From the NCBI GenBank assembly GCA_937983635.1, contig CALJZR010000027.1, positions 1 through 43,002 of the forward strand: a DNA stretch of 43,002 nt, in the 5' to 3' direction. How positions within the stretch are numbered: position 1 is the stretch's first letter; each line of letters begins with the position of its first letter. Position numbers and translations under genes: made by a program. The DNA comes from an uncultured bacterium (lineage in GTDB: Bacteria > Patescibacteriota > Patescibacteriia > Patescibacteriales > UBA12465). Of the stretch, positions 24,213-33,039 are shown one piece after another. The notes below the pieces were generated by a model. The model saw nothing but the letters and a program-made list of their open reading frames with translations. It made no database searches and had not been told where the DNA came from.

Positions 24213-27005
24213 TTATTTTAATTCTCCCCAGTTATGACCGCTGGCCGCCTCGACAATCACCGGTACAGCCAAGGGCAGGGCTTCGGCCATTAATTTTTTT
24301 AGGGCTTCCGAGTGTTTTTCTAGCTTATTCGCTTTCACTTCAAAAATCAATTCGTCGTGGACTTGAAGCAGGAGGCGAATTTCTTCTTCTTGGCCATTTA
24401 AATATTTATCAATATCTAACATGGCTTGTTTAATCATATCAGCGGCTGTTCCTTGGATGGGCATATTAATGGCCATGCGTTCGGCATCACGGCGGATCTG
24501 AGGCATATCAGATAACAGGTCGGGCAAGGGGCGACGGCGCTTGAAGAGGGTTTCGGCATACCCTTTAGTACGGGCATCGGTAATGAAACGGTCCATCATT
24601 TTTTTAATGCCAGGATAAACTTCTAAGTAGCGGTCGATGAAGTCCTTGGCTTCGGCGTAGCTGATGCCGGAGCCTTGGCTGAGACCATGTGGTCCTTGGC
24701 CGTATAAGATACCGAAATTAATAGCTTTAGCAGCTCGGCGCATTTCTTTTGTTACCGCTTCTAAGGCAACGCCGTTAATGGCAGCGGCAGTGGCGGCGTG
24801 AATGTCTTCATTTTTCTGAAAGGCCGACATCATTTTTTTATCTCGGGAGAGATGGGCGGCTAGGCGTAGTTCAATTTGAGAATAATCAAGTCCGAGCAGG
24901 ACATAATCTTTTTCTGAGACAAAGGCGGCTCGAATTTCCCGACCCTCTTCGGTGCGGGTGGGAATATTTTGCAGGTTGGGGTCAGTCGAAGACAGGCGTC
25001 CAGTGGCGGCTACGCTTTGGTTATAGCTAGTGTGGATGCGGCCATCATGGGCATTAATCAGGGCGGGTAAAGCCAGAACATAAGTGTTCTGCAGTTTGCT
25101 TAGTTCTCGATATTCTTGGATGAGAGTAATAATTTCATGTTGGTCGCGCATTTTTTCCAGCTCATCATCCGCCGTAGAAATTCCAGTTTTGGTTTTTTTT
25201 AAACCTCTATTATCTAAACCTAAAGTTTCAAAGAGAATATGTTGGAGCTGTTTGGGTGAATTGAGATTGAATTCTTCGCCGGCGAGACGATAGGCTTCTT
25301 TAGTTAATTCATCGAGGCGTTTTTCCAATTTTTTTGCTAATAGTTGGAGGGGCTTAGGGTCGAGTTTGATGCCCCTGTCTTCCATCTTCGCCAGGACATT
25401 TAGTAAAGGCATTTCTAAGTTATAGAAAAGCTTGTCCAAGTCGACGGATTTTAATTCTTGACTGAGAATTTTTTGCAGCTGCCAGGCGCAATCGGCATCT
25501 TCGCCGGCGTATTGTGCCATTTTTTCAGCGGGCACTTGAGAAAAGGCTACCGCTTCTTTGCCTTTACCAATCAATTCTTCCGTACTTATTTTTTCCCAAC
25601 CGAGACTGCGGAAAGAAACGCTGTCTAAGTTATGCTGACGATTTTCCGGGTTGAGGAGATATGATGCTAAGAGGCTATCAAAGTTGATTCCTTGAAGCTT
25701 GATGCCATGGCTATTTAGGACGCGGTAATCGAACTTAAGATTGTGGCCGTATTTCTTGATTTTTTCATCTTCTAAAATTGGCCGGAGCTGTTTCAGCCAG
25801 GCATGGGTAGATTTCTTTTCTTTTTGGTAGCTGAACAGATCAATATTTTCCGCCGTTTGCGCCCCTAAGTGGAGATAATAGGCACTCCCTGCTTGCCAGG
25901 AAAAAGACAGTCCCAGCAGTTGAGCGTCTAAAGGATTAAGTCCTTCTGTTTCTGTATCCAGGGCAAAGGCTGCCTGTTTTTTTAGCTCTTTTAAGAATTT
26001 ATTAAAGCTAGTTTCGTCACTAATTAGTTGGTATTTTTTTTCAGCTTGATTGCGAGTGAATTTATCTTGATAATTTTCGGTCTGGGCAGCGGTGGCGTCG
26101 CTTTGGTGTAAGTTTTTTACTTGTTTTAATTTGCCGAGTAGAGAGCGGAACTCTAATTCTTGAAAAAGGGTGATAGCTTGATTTTCGTCAAAAGAATCGA
26201 GCCGGAATTCTTCCCATTTTATTTGGATTGGCGCCTCGCGGTTGATGGTAGCTAAATTTTGACTGAGGTAGGCCTGATCTTTTTCGGCTAATAATAATTC
26301 TCGCAGGCGGGGTTTAATTTTTTCATTACTGGCTTCGGCGGCCGCGTAGACACCATCAAGAGTCTCAAAGTTTTGCAGGAGTTCCGTTGCTCCTTTTTCA
26401 CCAATACCTTTTACCCCGGGAATATTATCGCTAGCATCGCCGCGCAGGGCCTTATAGTCAATAATTTGATTAGGACGGAGACCATAGCGCTCTTGGACTT
26501 CTTTATCACTATAGAGCACGCTTTCATTTAAGCCTCGGCTCATGGTGTAAACACTGGTGCGGGTATTAATTAGCTGCAGGGTGTCCATGTCCCCGGTAAT
26601 AATAATGCTGTGCCAGTCAGTCTCGGCCGCGGCTTTCTGGGTAATGGTGCCGATAAGGTCATCAGCTTCGTAGCCGTCTAGTTCAAAAATAGGAATATCT
26701 AAGACTTTAGCCACTTCTTTTACTAAGGGAATTTGCTCATAAAGCTCATCGGGAGCCTTGGTGCGGGTAGCTTTATACTCCGTATATTGTTCGTGGCGGA
26801 AGGTGGGGGCGGGGCGGTCGAGGGTGAGGACCACAAATTCTGGGCGTAATTCCAAGAAAGCCCTTAAAATGAAGGAAGTGAAGCCGTAGACGGCATTGAC
26901 TAGGCGGCCATCTTTAGTGGTCATCGTCGGCGGCAAGGCGTGAAAACTGCGGTGAATTAAAGCGTTACCGTCAATAATTATGAATTTAGGGGGTATTTTT
27001 TGCAT
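24213..27005 (-). CDS. polA: DNA polymerase I (5'-3' exonuclease, 3'-5' exonuclease-like and polymerase domains)
   Basis: 930 aa. Has LIIDGNALIHRSFHA, GIGEKGA, motif A DYSQIELR, motif B RRAAKAINFGILYG and motif C QVHDEL. Confidence 0.97.
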   Translation of the reverse strand: MQKIPPKFIIIDGNALIHRSFHALPPTMTTKDGRLVNAVYGFTSFILRAFLELRPEFVVLTLDRPAPTFRHEQYTEYKATRTKAPDELYEQIPLVKEVAKVLDIPIFELDGYEADDLIGTITQKAAAETDWHSIIITGDMDTLQLINTRTSVYTMSRGLNESVLYSDKEVQERYGLRPNQIIDYKALRGDASDNIPGVKGIGEKGATELLQNFETLDGVYAAAEASNEKIKPRLRELLLAEKDQAYLSQNLATINREAPIQIKWEEFRLDSFDENQAITLFQELEFRSLLGKLKQVKNLHQSDATAAQTENYQDKFTRNQAEKKYQLISDETSFNKFLKELKKQAAFALDTETEGLNPLDAQLLGLSFSWQAGSAYYLHLGAQTAENIDLFSYQKEKKSTHAWLKQLRPILEDEKIKKYGHNLKFDYRVLNSHGIKLQGINFDSLLASYLLNPENRQHNLDSVSFRSLGWEKISTEELIGKGKEAVAFSQVPAEKMAQYAGEDADCAWQLQKILSQELKSVDLDKLFYNLEMPLLNVLAKMEDRGIKLDPKPLQLLAKKLEKRLDELTKEAYRLAGEEFNLNSPKQLQHILFETLGLDNRGLKKTKTGISTADDELEKMRDQHEIITLIQEYRELSKLQNTYVLALPALINAHDGRIHTSYNQSVAATGRLSSTDPNLQNIPTRTEEGREIRAAFVSEKDYVLLGLDYSQIELRLAAHLSRDKKMMSAFQKNEDIHAATAAAINGVALEAVTKEMRRAAKAINFGILYGQGPHGLSQGSGISYAEAKDFIDRYLEVYPGIKKMMDRFITDARTKGYAETLFKRRRPLPDLLSDMPQIRRDAERMAINMPIQGTAADMIKQAMLDIDKYLNGQEEEIRLLLQVHDELIFEVKANKLEKHSEALKKLMAEALPLAVPVIVEAASGHNWGELK

Positions 27006-27011
27006 GTCTTT

Positions 27012-27041
27012 ATTTTAGCACGGGCACAAGTGAATAGGCAA
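27012..27041 (-). promoter_or_regulatory. Candidate polA promoter giving a leaderless or near-leaderless mRNA
   Basis: The minus strand reads TTGCCT, then 18 nt, then TAAAAT. Only 6 nt separate the -10 box from the polA ATG. Confidence 0.35.
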
Positions 27042-27058
27042 AGCCTGTTTAGGCATAG

Positions 27059-27095
27059 AAAAAAGGCACCCCCCGGGAGATTAGGGTGCCTTTTT
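27059..27095. terminator. Intrinsic (bidirectional) terminator 54 nt upstream of the polA start
   Basis: aaaaaggcaccc-(12-nt loop)-gggtgccttttt. On the minus strand the hairpin is followed by uuuuuucu. Confidence 0.75.
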
Positions 27096-27107
27096 GCAAA
27101 GAGCAAA

Positions 27108-27319
27108 GTTTCTTGAGTTAGGGCGGTAAGTCTGGGTACGCATTTTTGCGTAAGTGCGCTGAATGCGTTTTTGTGCGCCAGATTGGGGCGCAGATCTTTC
27201 CCCCTGAACTCAAGAAACATGGAGGAACAACAATTGGCTGCGGCATTATGGCCATTAGGGCACATAAGCAAAATAAGCAGCTACCGGCGTAAACAGTGAT
27301 GGTTAGTTCCATGTTTCTT
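27108..27319 (-). other. Structured GC-rich element (candidate sRNA or small-protein mRNA). Strand is inferred, not proven.
   Basis: Segment B (27207..27223) can pair over 12 perfect bp either with segment A (27308..27319) or with segment C (27108..27119). The two helices share gtttctt. Internal hairpins are tgcgcc/ggcgca and tacgca/tgcgta. A TTGACT-16-TAAGAT promoter-like box lies at 27361..27334 on the minus strand. Confidence 0.4.
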
Positions 27320-27465
27320 AATTTGGTACCAGTATCTTAATATAATTAATAAAAAAGTCAAGGTCTCTTTCTCAGATGGAAATTTTTGGTTTTTTAGACT
27401 TGTTTAGTTTTACCATCCTCCCGCTTTCTGATAAAATAGATACATCAATTATTAATTTTAAATTT

Positions 27466-28455
27466 ATGCGCAAAGTTGCTTTATTTTTTGGCGGTTTAGG
27501 TAACGAAGCTTCGGTTTCCGTGGTTTCCGCGACTAATGTGGCGGCTAATTTTGATCAGAAACGCCAGCGTCTAGTTTTGGTATATTGGCATCGCGATGGT
27601 TATTTCTATAAATTAGAAAAGATGGCGGACGCGAAGAAGCCATCAGTAAAAAAACGTTTGGCTGTTTCTGACTTTAAAAAATATTTTGACTCCGCGCTTT
27701 TAATGACTCATGGTCGTTATGGTGAAGACGGCGTCTTGCAGGGAATTTTAGAGAGTCAGAAGATACCTTATAGCGGTTGCGGAGTTTTGAGTTCGGCTCT
27801 TTGTATGGATAAGGCGGTTTTTAAATTATTAATGTCTGGGCAGAAGATTCCGCAGGTTCCGTTTTTTCTTTTAGACTATTCTCGCCATAGCCAGAAAGAA
27901 TTGTCAGCCATTGTCGCTAATGCTCAGAAGAAGTTGCGCTTGCCCGTTTATGTGAAGCCAGCTAATTCTGGTTCTTCCGTTGGTATTAGTAAGCTCGATT
28001 CTTGGAAACAATTAGTGGCCGCCCTGAAAGAAGCTCGCCGTCATGATTATAAGATTATTTTAGAGCAAGGTTTAGTGAAGCCGAGAGAAATTGAAGTAGC
28101 GGTTTTAGGGAATGATAAATTAACTGTTTCTCGACCGGGAGAATTACGTTTGCCCCAAGATTTCTATGATTTTGAAGAAAAATATCAGAAAGGAAGAACT
28201 GAAGTCTTGATTCCTGCGCCCCTGGAGAAAAAACAAGAAAAATACATTCAAGAATTAGCCGCTCAGGCCTATCGCTTGGCTGATTGCCGCGGCTTTTCTC
28301 GGGTTGACTTCTTTTTGTCTGGAAAGAAATTGTATTTAAATGAAATTAATACTCTGCCGGGCTTTACCGATATCTCGATGTATCCGCAGCTAATGATGAA
28401 GATGGGAATGAGCTATTCTGGTTTGATTAATAAATTAATTGATTTAGCTGCTTAA
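27466..28455 (+). CDS. ddl: D-alanine--D-alanine ligase
   Basis: From the ATG at 27466: MRKVALFFGGLGNEASVS aligns with Ddl N-termini. Has ATP-grasp motifs (VKPANSGSSVGI, EINTLPGFT). The 30-aa tracked extension is unlikely. Confidence 0.93.
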   Translation: MRKVALFFGGLGNEASVSVVSATNVAANFDQKRQRLVLVYWHRDGYFYKLEKMADAKKPSVKKRLAVSDFKKYFDSALLMTHGRYGEDGVLQGILESQKIPYSGCGVLSSALCMDKAVFKLLMSGQKIPQVPFFLLDYSRHSQKELSAIVANAQKKLRLPVYVKPANSGSSVGISKLDSWKQLVAALKEARRHDYKIILEQGLVKPREIEVAVLGNDKLTVSRPGELRLPQDFYDFEEKYQKGRTEVLIPAPLEKKQEKYIQELAAQAYRLADCRGFSRVDFFLSGKKLYLNEINTLPGFTDISMYPQLMMKMGMSYSGLINKLIDLAA

Positions 28456-28473
28456 AGCAGTTGCTTCTTCTTT

Positions 28474-29466
28474 ATGACAACGACTATCGCTCTATTATTT
28501 TTAGCCGCTGTCTTTTTTTCTATTTTAGGTCGGGGCGCGGATTTATTAGTCGGCAATTTACGAGCCTTGGCTGATAAAACAAAGATTCATCCGGTTCTTT
28601 TGGGGACAATCTTAGGGTTTTTGACTACTATCCCTGAATTTATGGTTGGCTTAAATGCGGTGAGGCGCGACATGATTGCCATTTCTCTTGGTAATATTTG
28701 GGGGGGAATTGTTGTTATTTTCGGCTTTATTCTCGGGCTCTCAATTATTTTTCAACGAGAGATTAAAACAGATGGCAGGCTACGAGTTATTCTTCCCAGT
28801 TTTATTTTAATAACTTTTTCAATTTTTTTAGGATTGAAAGGAAGCCTCCATTATTATGACGGTCTTTTATTAAGCGCCTGTTATTTATTATTAGTTTATT
28901 TAGATTATTTAGCAGGAGGTAATTACCAAGCTGATGACTCGGCGGAACGGGCTGTTTTAAGGGAAGAATCTCCGTCTCGTGGCTGGATTCGTTTTTGGGA
29001 AAAACTTTTGTATTGGCACCGGGAATTGAGCCGAGAAACGCGCTGGGCTTTAATTGGTTTATTTCTAGTCTCCGTTTCTTCTTATGCCATTATGGAATTG
29101 GCGGACATTGCCTTGGGAATTTTTCCTTTGCCCCCATTTTTAGTTGGTTTGTTAGTGTTTTCTTTGGGGACAAATTTGCCAGAAATTACTGTGGCAGTGA
29201 GGGCTCTGAAGACAAAAAATGGCTATTTGTCTTTTGGTCATCTTGTGGGTTCGGCGGTTAGTAATGTTTTAGTCTTATCGCTCTTAACTTTTATTGCGCC
29301 GGTCGATATGTTGGTGTCTTGGCGCTATTACGTTTTAATTTTATTTATTGCCTTTATTCTCTCGGCCGTTTCTTTTTTCTACGTAACGCGTCGTCGTTTT
29401 CAGCGTTGGGAAGGCTTCGTTCTCCTATCATTTTATCTTGCTTTTGTTTTGTTTGAATTACTATAA
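28474..29466 (+). CDS. Ca2+/cation antiporter (CaCA, YrbG-like) membrane protein
   Basis: 330 aa and polytopic. Has two alpha-repeat-like motifs, GFLTTIPEF and GTNLPEITVA. Confidence 0.7.
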   Translation: MTTTIALLFLAAVFFSILGRGADLLVGNLRALADKTKIHPVLLGTILGFLTTIPEFMVGLNAVRRDMIAISLGNIWGGIVVIFGFILGLSIIFQREIKTDGRLRVILPSFILITFSIFLGLKGSLHYYDGLLLSACYLLLVYLDYLAGGNYQADDSAERAVLREESPSRGWIRFWEKLLYWHRELSRETRWALIGLFLVSVSSYAIMELADIALGIFPLPPFLVGLLVFSLGTNLPEITVAVRALKTKNGYLSFGHLVGSAVSNVLVLSLLTFIAPVDMLVSWRYYVLILFIAFILSAVSFFYVTRRRFQRWEGFVLLSFYLAFVLFELL

Positions 29467-29479
29467 AATTTTTATTTTC

Positions 29480-29512
29480 AAAAAAGACCTCAATTGTAGT
29501 GAGGTCTTTTTA
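29480..29512. terminator. Bidirectional terminator between convergent genes
   Basis: aaaaaagacctca-attgtag-tgaggtcttttt. Confidence 0.75.
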
Positions 29513-29533
29513 TTTTTTAATTGGGCAAATATA

Positions 29534-32500
29534 TCACGGCGCTAGAGTGCCTAGAGGTATTTGATTTAAGTCTAAATTGGTGATGCCAAGGCTAAGTTGC
29601 TGCATGATGGCAAAGGCTTCTTCAGGGCGGCCGAGATAGTAGCGCTTACTGTCTATCGGATTAAGATACCAGGCTTCACCGTTATTTTCTGTTTGCAGTA
29701 AAATCCGACCCAGTAGGTTATTAATTAATTGTTTGTCAACATTAATTTTTCCGGTTCTCAGGGGGCTGTAGCCATTTTCAATTTCTTGATAATCAGAGAA
29801 GCCATCATTATCGCTATCTTTTTGATCTAATTTGGTAAATAAGCCTTTCTCCATCCGGTCGGAGAGTCCGTCTTCATCTTGGTCTTTGTCTTGCATAAGT
29901 TGGCTTTTGATTAATCCAACCGGTATATTGTCTAAGTTTTTGTTACTTACACCGAGACTTAATTTTCTCATTATCACAAAAGCTTGATTAGGGCGGCCTA
30001 GGTAGTATTTATTTTTGTCTTGTGGGCTAATATACCAAGCCTCGCCTTTGCTTTCTGTCTGGATAACAATATTACCAAGAGTTTTTCTGACAATTTCTGG
30101 ATTAATTTTAGTGAAGTCTAATTTTACCCTCTCAAGAAAGGCAGCTTCTTCATCTTCAGACTTTTTTTCGACTGGGGGTTCATTGTTATTGGCGCAGGGG
30201 CGGATTAGGCTGAGTTGCTGTTCAGTGCTAAGGCTGCAATATTTGGGTGATTTGGAAATAACAGTTCTAATTTGAAAGTCGTTGCTACAAGCGCCCCATT
30301 CACTGTATTCTATTTGGCTGCAATTATTACTTATATTTCCCCCGCCGCCGGACGGACGATTAATTACCTTAACCAAACGGGTTGCACTCGCTTGGTTGCC
30401 GGCGCTATCAATCACGCTATAAGTTATCAGATAATTACCAGTTACATTTTTGTTAACAGGATTATCTATTGTGATACTAGTGCTAATATTGCCATCAATA
30501 TCATCCTGAGCAATCGCGCCGCCATCATTATAATTACTGTCTTTATAGATAGTGACGGGATTTTCTCCGATAACGGTGATGACTGGAGCATCATCTTTAA
30601 TAATTTCAAATACTTTTTCCGAATAGCCGCCAGTGTAATTGAAGCTTATCACGCCATCATTATCGGCTGTTTCTACGGCAAGCAGACCGCCATCTACTTG
30701 AATACGATACTTTTGGCCAGACAAAAGATCGCCGACTTCACGAACAGAAGAGGCTGCGTTTGCATTGCTACTTTCTTTCCATTTTTTATAGTAGTCGCCG
30801 GTAGTATTCCAAGTATCGATGTTAATTGTAATTTCTCCTCTTGACGGCGTGATGTCTAGAGGGATATTGCTAATAGTACTTGTGCTCTGAGCGGGGATGT
30901 TTATGGATATTTGTGCCTCTAAAGCAGAAGTGACGGTGGTAGTGGCATTAAGGAAGGGGCGATTGGAGTCGGTGATAGTTAGATTAGTACTGGAAGCAGT
31001 CGTGAGAATATTGCGCAGGGTGACTGTTATAGCTTTTTCATCGTTCACTTCGGCAGTGGCGGCCAGTAAAGATAAATTATCATTATCAATATTCTTAATT
31101 TTTACTGTTTGTGCATAGAGACGGTTAAAATCTACGGAAATAGGATTAGATGGGCTGCTAATTAAATTTGGTCCCGCCCCTCTGAATTTTAGAGATAACC
31201 AATGCCAGCGACGATTATTTTCCATCATCCAGTTCACGTCAGTAAAGTTTATATCTGTCGGGAGTGGTATGTAGTCATATTCTGAAATTGGTAATTCGTA
31301 GGAAGTTATGTCCGAAAATTCTGTGTATTTAGAAAAGCGTTCTAAGCCAAATCGACCCTCCTCGCCAACTAGATATAAGCCTCCCTGGACAGAGGCGCTG
31401 TCTATTTGAGCTAGAGGATAATCAGGTTTTTCATTAATAGCGTTTTGTACCCACACGCCGCAACCCCAGTTTTCTTCTATTGTCGGTGGGCTAAAAATTA
31501 ATGATTTAGCATCAGTTGAACCTGGTTCTCCGTAGGCTTGGGCATTGCCTGGCTTGGTGAGACTAGTGTAGTAGCGAGTAGTCGTAGCTATCGTGGGGCC
31601 GACAATAAAAAGATAAATATCTTCGCTCGTATTTCCACCGGTATCAGTAACAGCGACATTAAGAGAATAGGTGCCCAGTCGGCTAGGGCTAAAACTACCA
31701 CTGACGTCATTGCCAGACTTTTCGGCAGTAATTGTTTCTGCCGGATTACTGGTGATTGTATAGCTGCAATCTGTACAATCAGTATTATTGAAATGGCGCA
31801 TGGCGAAAGCAAAAGTAACGGGAGTGCCGGTAGCGTAGATGCGACTTTGTTCTTGCCAGTCAATCCCTTTGTTTAGGGCGTTATAGTATAAAGAATTATT
31901 TTCCACTTTATTGGTGCCGCTGTAGGTTATGCCTCTATTATTATAGTTAAGTTGATTATTAATTACATCATTGTTACTGGATCCGGTAATAAAGATAGCT
32001 AAATCATTATAATTTAAAGTGTTATCCTCTATGGTGTTGTAAGCTGAGCCATTACTTATATGGATTGCGCTTGAAGCTTGAGGCAATCCCCCGTTATTTT
32101 CTAAGGTATTATTGTTGATTTCATTGCTATCGGCGTTATTTAGAAAGATAGCGGCGCCCTTGGCGGTTTTAATATAATTGTTAGTGAGAATATTATTGTT
32201 GGAATTGTTTAGATATATCCCGTATTCGGTTGGGCCTTCAACATTAATGTTATTTATTGTTGAGCTACTGACATTAGTAAAATTAACCGCCGTGTAGTCA
32301 TTAAAAGAGGCAATGTCGCTTGTATATATTTCTTTAAATTTTATTTGGCTGATAGTAATGTTACTGCTGGTCGCCGCTTTTATTCCGTTAATACCTCGGC
32401 TAATACTGTTAAAATTGGTGATGATAATATTATCTCGGGAGGGGATATTAATTCCGGCCACCATTAAGTCGTTGTTGCCATTTAAAGAATAGCCGCCGCC

Positions 32501-32722
32501 ATTGAGAGTGATATCAGAGGCGCCAATAGTTAGGGCGGAACCAGTGAAGGCTTCACCGCAGGTGATGTCGGCGGTTAGGGTGGTATTTTCGATTACAGTG
32601 TCACCACAGGCACAAGGCACAGCCCCGCCGCAGTTAGCCGCTCTTGCTCCATCTATTTTTATACCCATTATAGCCATAGTTACTATTACGGCTATAAATA
32701 TTATATTTTTATGTAAAAACAT
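29534..32722 (-). CDS. Large secreted or cell-surface protein: parallel beta-helix (NosD/pectate-lyase-like), Ig-like domain, Asp-rich Ca-binding-type repeats and two C-terminal GEAWY modules
   Basis: 1062 aa. Has an N-terminal TM/signal segment, the Cys motif CGGAVPCACGD, and many N-rich beta-helix coils (NNxLxNN). The DUF5011-like segment is PVITVIGENPVTIYKDSNYNDGGAIAQDDIDGNIS...GNYLITYSVIDSAGN. DxDxDG repeats are also present. Confidence 0.8.
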   Translation of the reverse strand: MFLHKNIIFIAVIVTMAIMGIKIDGARAANCGGAVPCACGDTVIENTTLTADITCGEAFTGSALTIGASDITLNGGGYSLNGNNDLMVAGINIPSRDNIIITNFNSISRGINGIKAATSSNITISQIKFKEIYTSDIASFNDYTAVNFTNVSSSTINNINVEGPTEYGIYLNNSNNNILTNNYIKTAKGAAIFLNNADSNEINNNTLENNGGLPQASSAIHISNGSAYNTIEDNTLNYNDLAIFITGSSNNDVINNQLNYNNRGITYSGTNKVENNSLYYNALNKGIDWQEQSRIYATGTPVTFAFAMRHFNNTDCTDCSYTITSNPAETITAEKSGNDVSGSFSPSRLGTYSLNVAVTDTGGNTSEDIYLFIVGPTIATTTRYYTSLTKPGNAQAYGEPGSTDAKSLIFSPPTIEENWGCGVWVQNAINEKPDYPLAQIDSASVQGGLYLVGEEGRFGLERFSKYTEFSDITSYELPISEYDYIPLPTDINFTDVNWMMENNRRWHWLSLKFRGAGPNLISSPSNPISVDFNRLYAQTVKIKNIDNDNLSLLAATAEVNDEKAITVTLRNILTTASSTNLTITDSNRPFLNATTTVTSALEAQISINIPAQSTSTISNIPLDITPSRGEITINIDTWNTTGDYYKKWKESSNANAASSVREVGDLLSGQKYRIQVDGGLLAVETADNDGVISFNYTGGYSEKVFEIIKDDAPVITVIGENPVTIYKDSNYNDGGAIAQDDIDGNISTSITIDNPVNKNVTGNYLITYSVIDSAGNQASATRLVKVINRPSGGGGNISNNCSQIEYSEWGACSNDFQIRTVISKSPKYCSLSTEQQLSLIRPCANNNEPPVEKKSEDEEAAFLERVKLDFTKINPEIVRKTLGNIVIQTESKGEAWYISPQDKNKYYLGRPNQAFVIMRKLSLGVSNKNLDNIPVGLIKSQLMQDKDQDEDGLSDRMEKGLFTKLDQKDSDNDGFSDYQEIENGYSPLRTGKINVDKQLINNLLGRILLQTENNGEAWYLNPIDSKRYYLGRPEEAFAIMQQLSLGITNLDLNQIPLGTLAP
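29537..29716 (-). repeat. C-terminal GEAWY module, copy 2 (intragenic coding repeat)
   Basis: LLGRILLQTENNGEAWYLNPIDSKRYYLGRPEEAFAIMQQLSLGITNLDLNQIPLGT. Identical to copy 1 at 32 of 57 positions by hand alignment. Confidence 0.8.
29912..30082 (-). repeat. C-terminal GEAWY module, copy 1
   Basis: TLGNIVIQTESKGEAWYISPQDKNKYYLGRPNQAFVIMRKLSLGVSNKNLDNIPVGL. Confidence 0.8.
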
Positions 32723-32881
32723 GTTTTTTGTTTAATTTTTATAACTATATCATAGCTTATTTAGGGTTCAAACACAAAATTATTAGCATTAAATTTTTAT
32801 TTATTATCTAATATTAGTATTATTTTTTTAAATAAGCTTTTTCTATTCTATTTCCATAATCTGGATAATTATGCTTAATTC

Positions 32882-32910
32882 TTGACAAATAGTATTTTAT
32901 ATGTTATAAT
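32882..32910 (+). promoter_or_regulatory. Perfect consensus sigma-70 promoter
   Basis: TTGACA (32882..32887), then exactly 17 nt, then TATAAT (32905..32910). It lies ~130 nt upstream of the lipoprotein ATG. Confidence 0.7.
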
Positions 32911-32949
32911 TACTTTGTTAAGTTGAGATTCTTTAACAAACAGGACTAG

Positions 32950-33003
32950 ATTGGATTAATTACTAAGAACGCCTATTAAGACGAATTTAGTAATTAATCC
33001 AAT
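32950..33003 (+). repeat. Perfect 17-bp inverted repeat with a 20-nt spacer in the 5' UTR of the lipoprotein gene
   Basis: attggattaattactaa (32950..32966) and ttagtaattaatccaat (32987..33003) are exact reverse complements. Confidence 0.9.
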
Positions 33004-33039
33004 GTTTCAAACCTTAATTTTTAACCTTTAAACCCATCA

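Noticed and set aside
26978-27271. 97-aa minus-strand ORF spanning the polA start and the intergenic structured region.
   Set aside because: It reads straight through the intrinsic terminator hairpin and overlaps the polA start in another frame. The alternative 64-aa ORF (27118..27312) is kept only as a hypothesis in the findings.
27230-27300. Possible SRP (4.5S) RNA. The minus strand contains cugtttac and gcagccaa, which recall the E. coli 4.5S strings CUGUUUACC and GCAGCCAAGG.
   Set aside because: I could not find the GGAA/GNRA tetraloop hairpin or the conserved symmetric and asymmetric loop arrangement of domain IV. The matches are short and in the wrong relative geometry.
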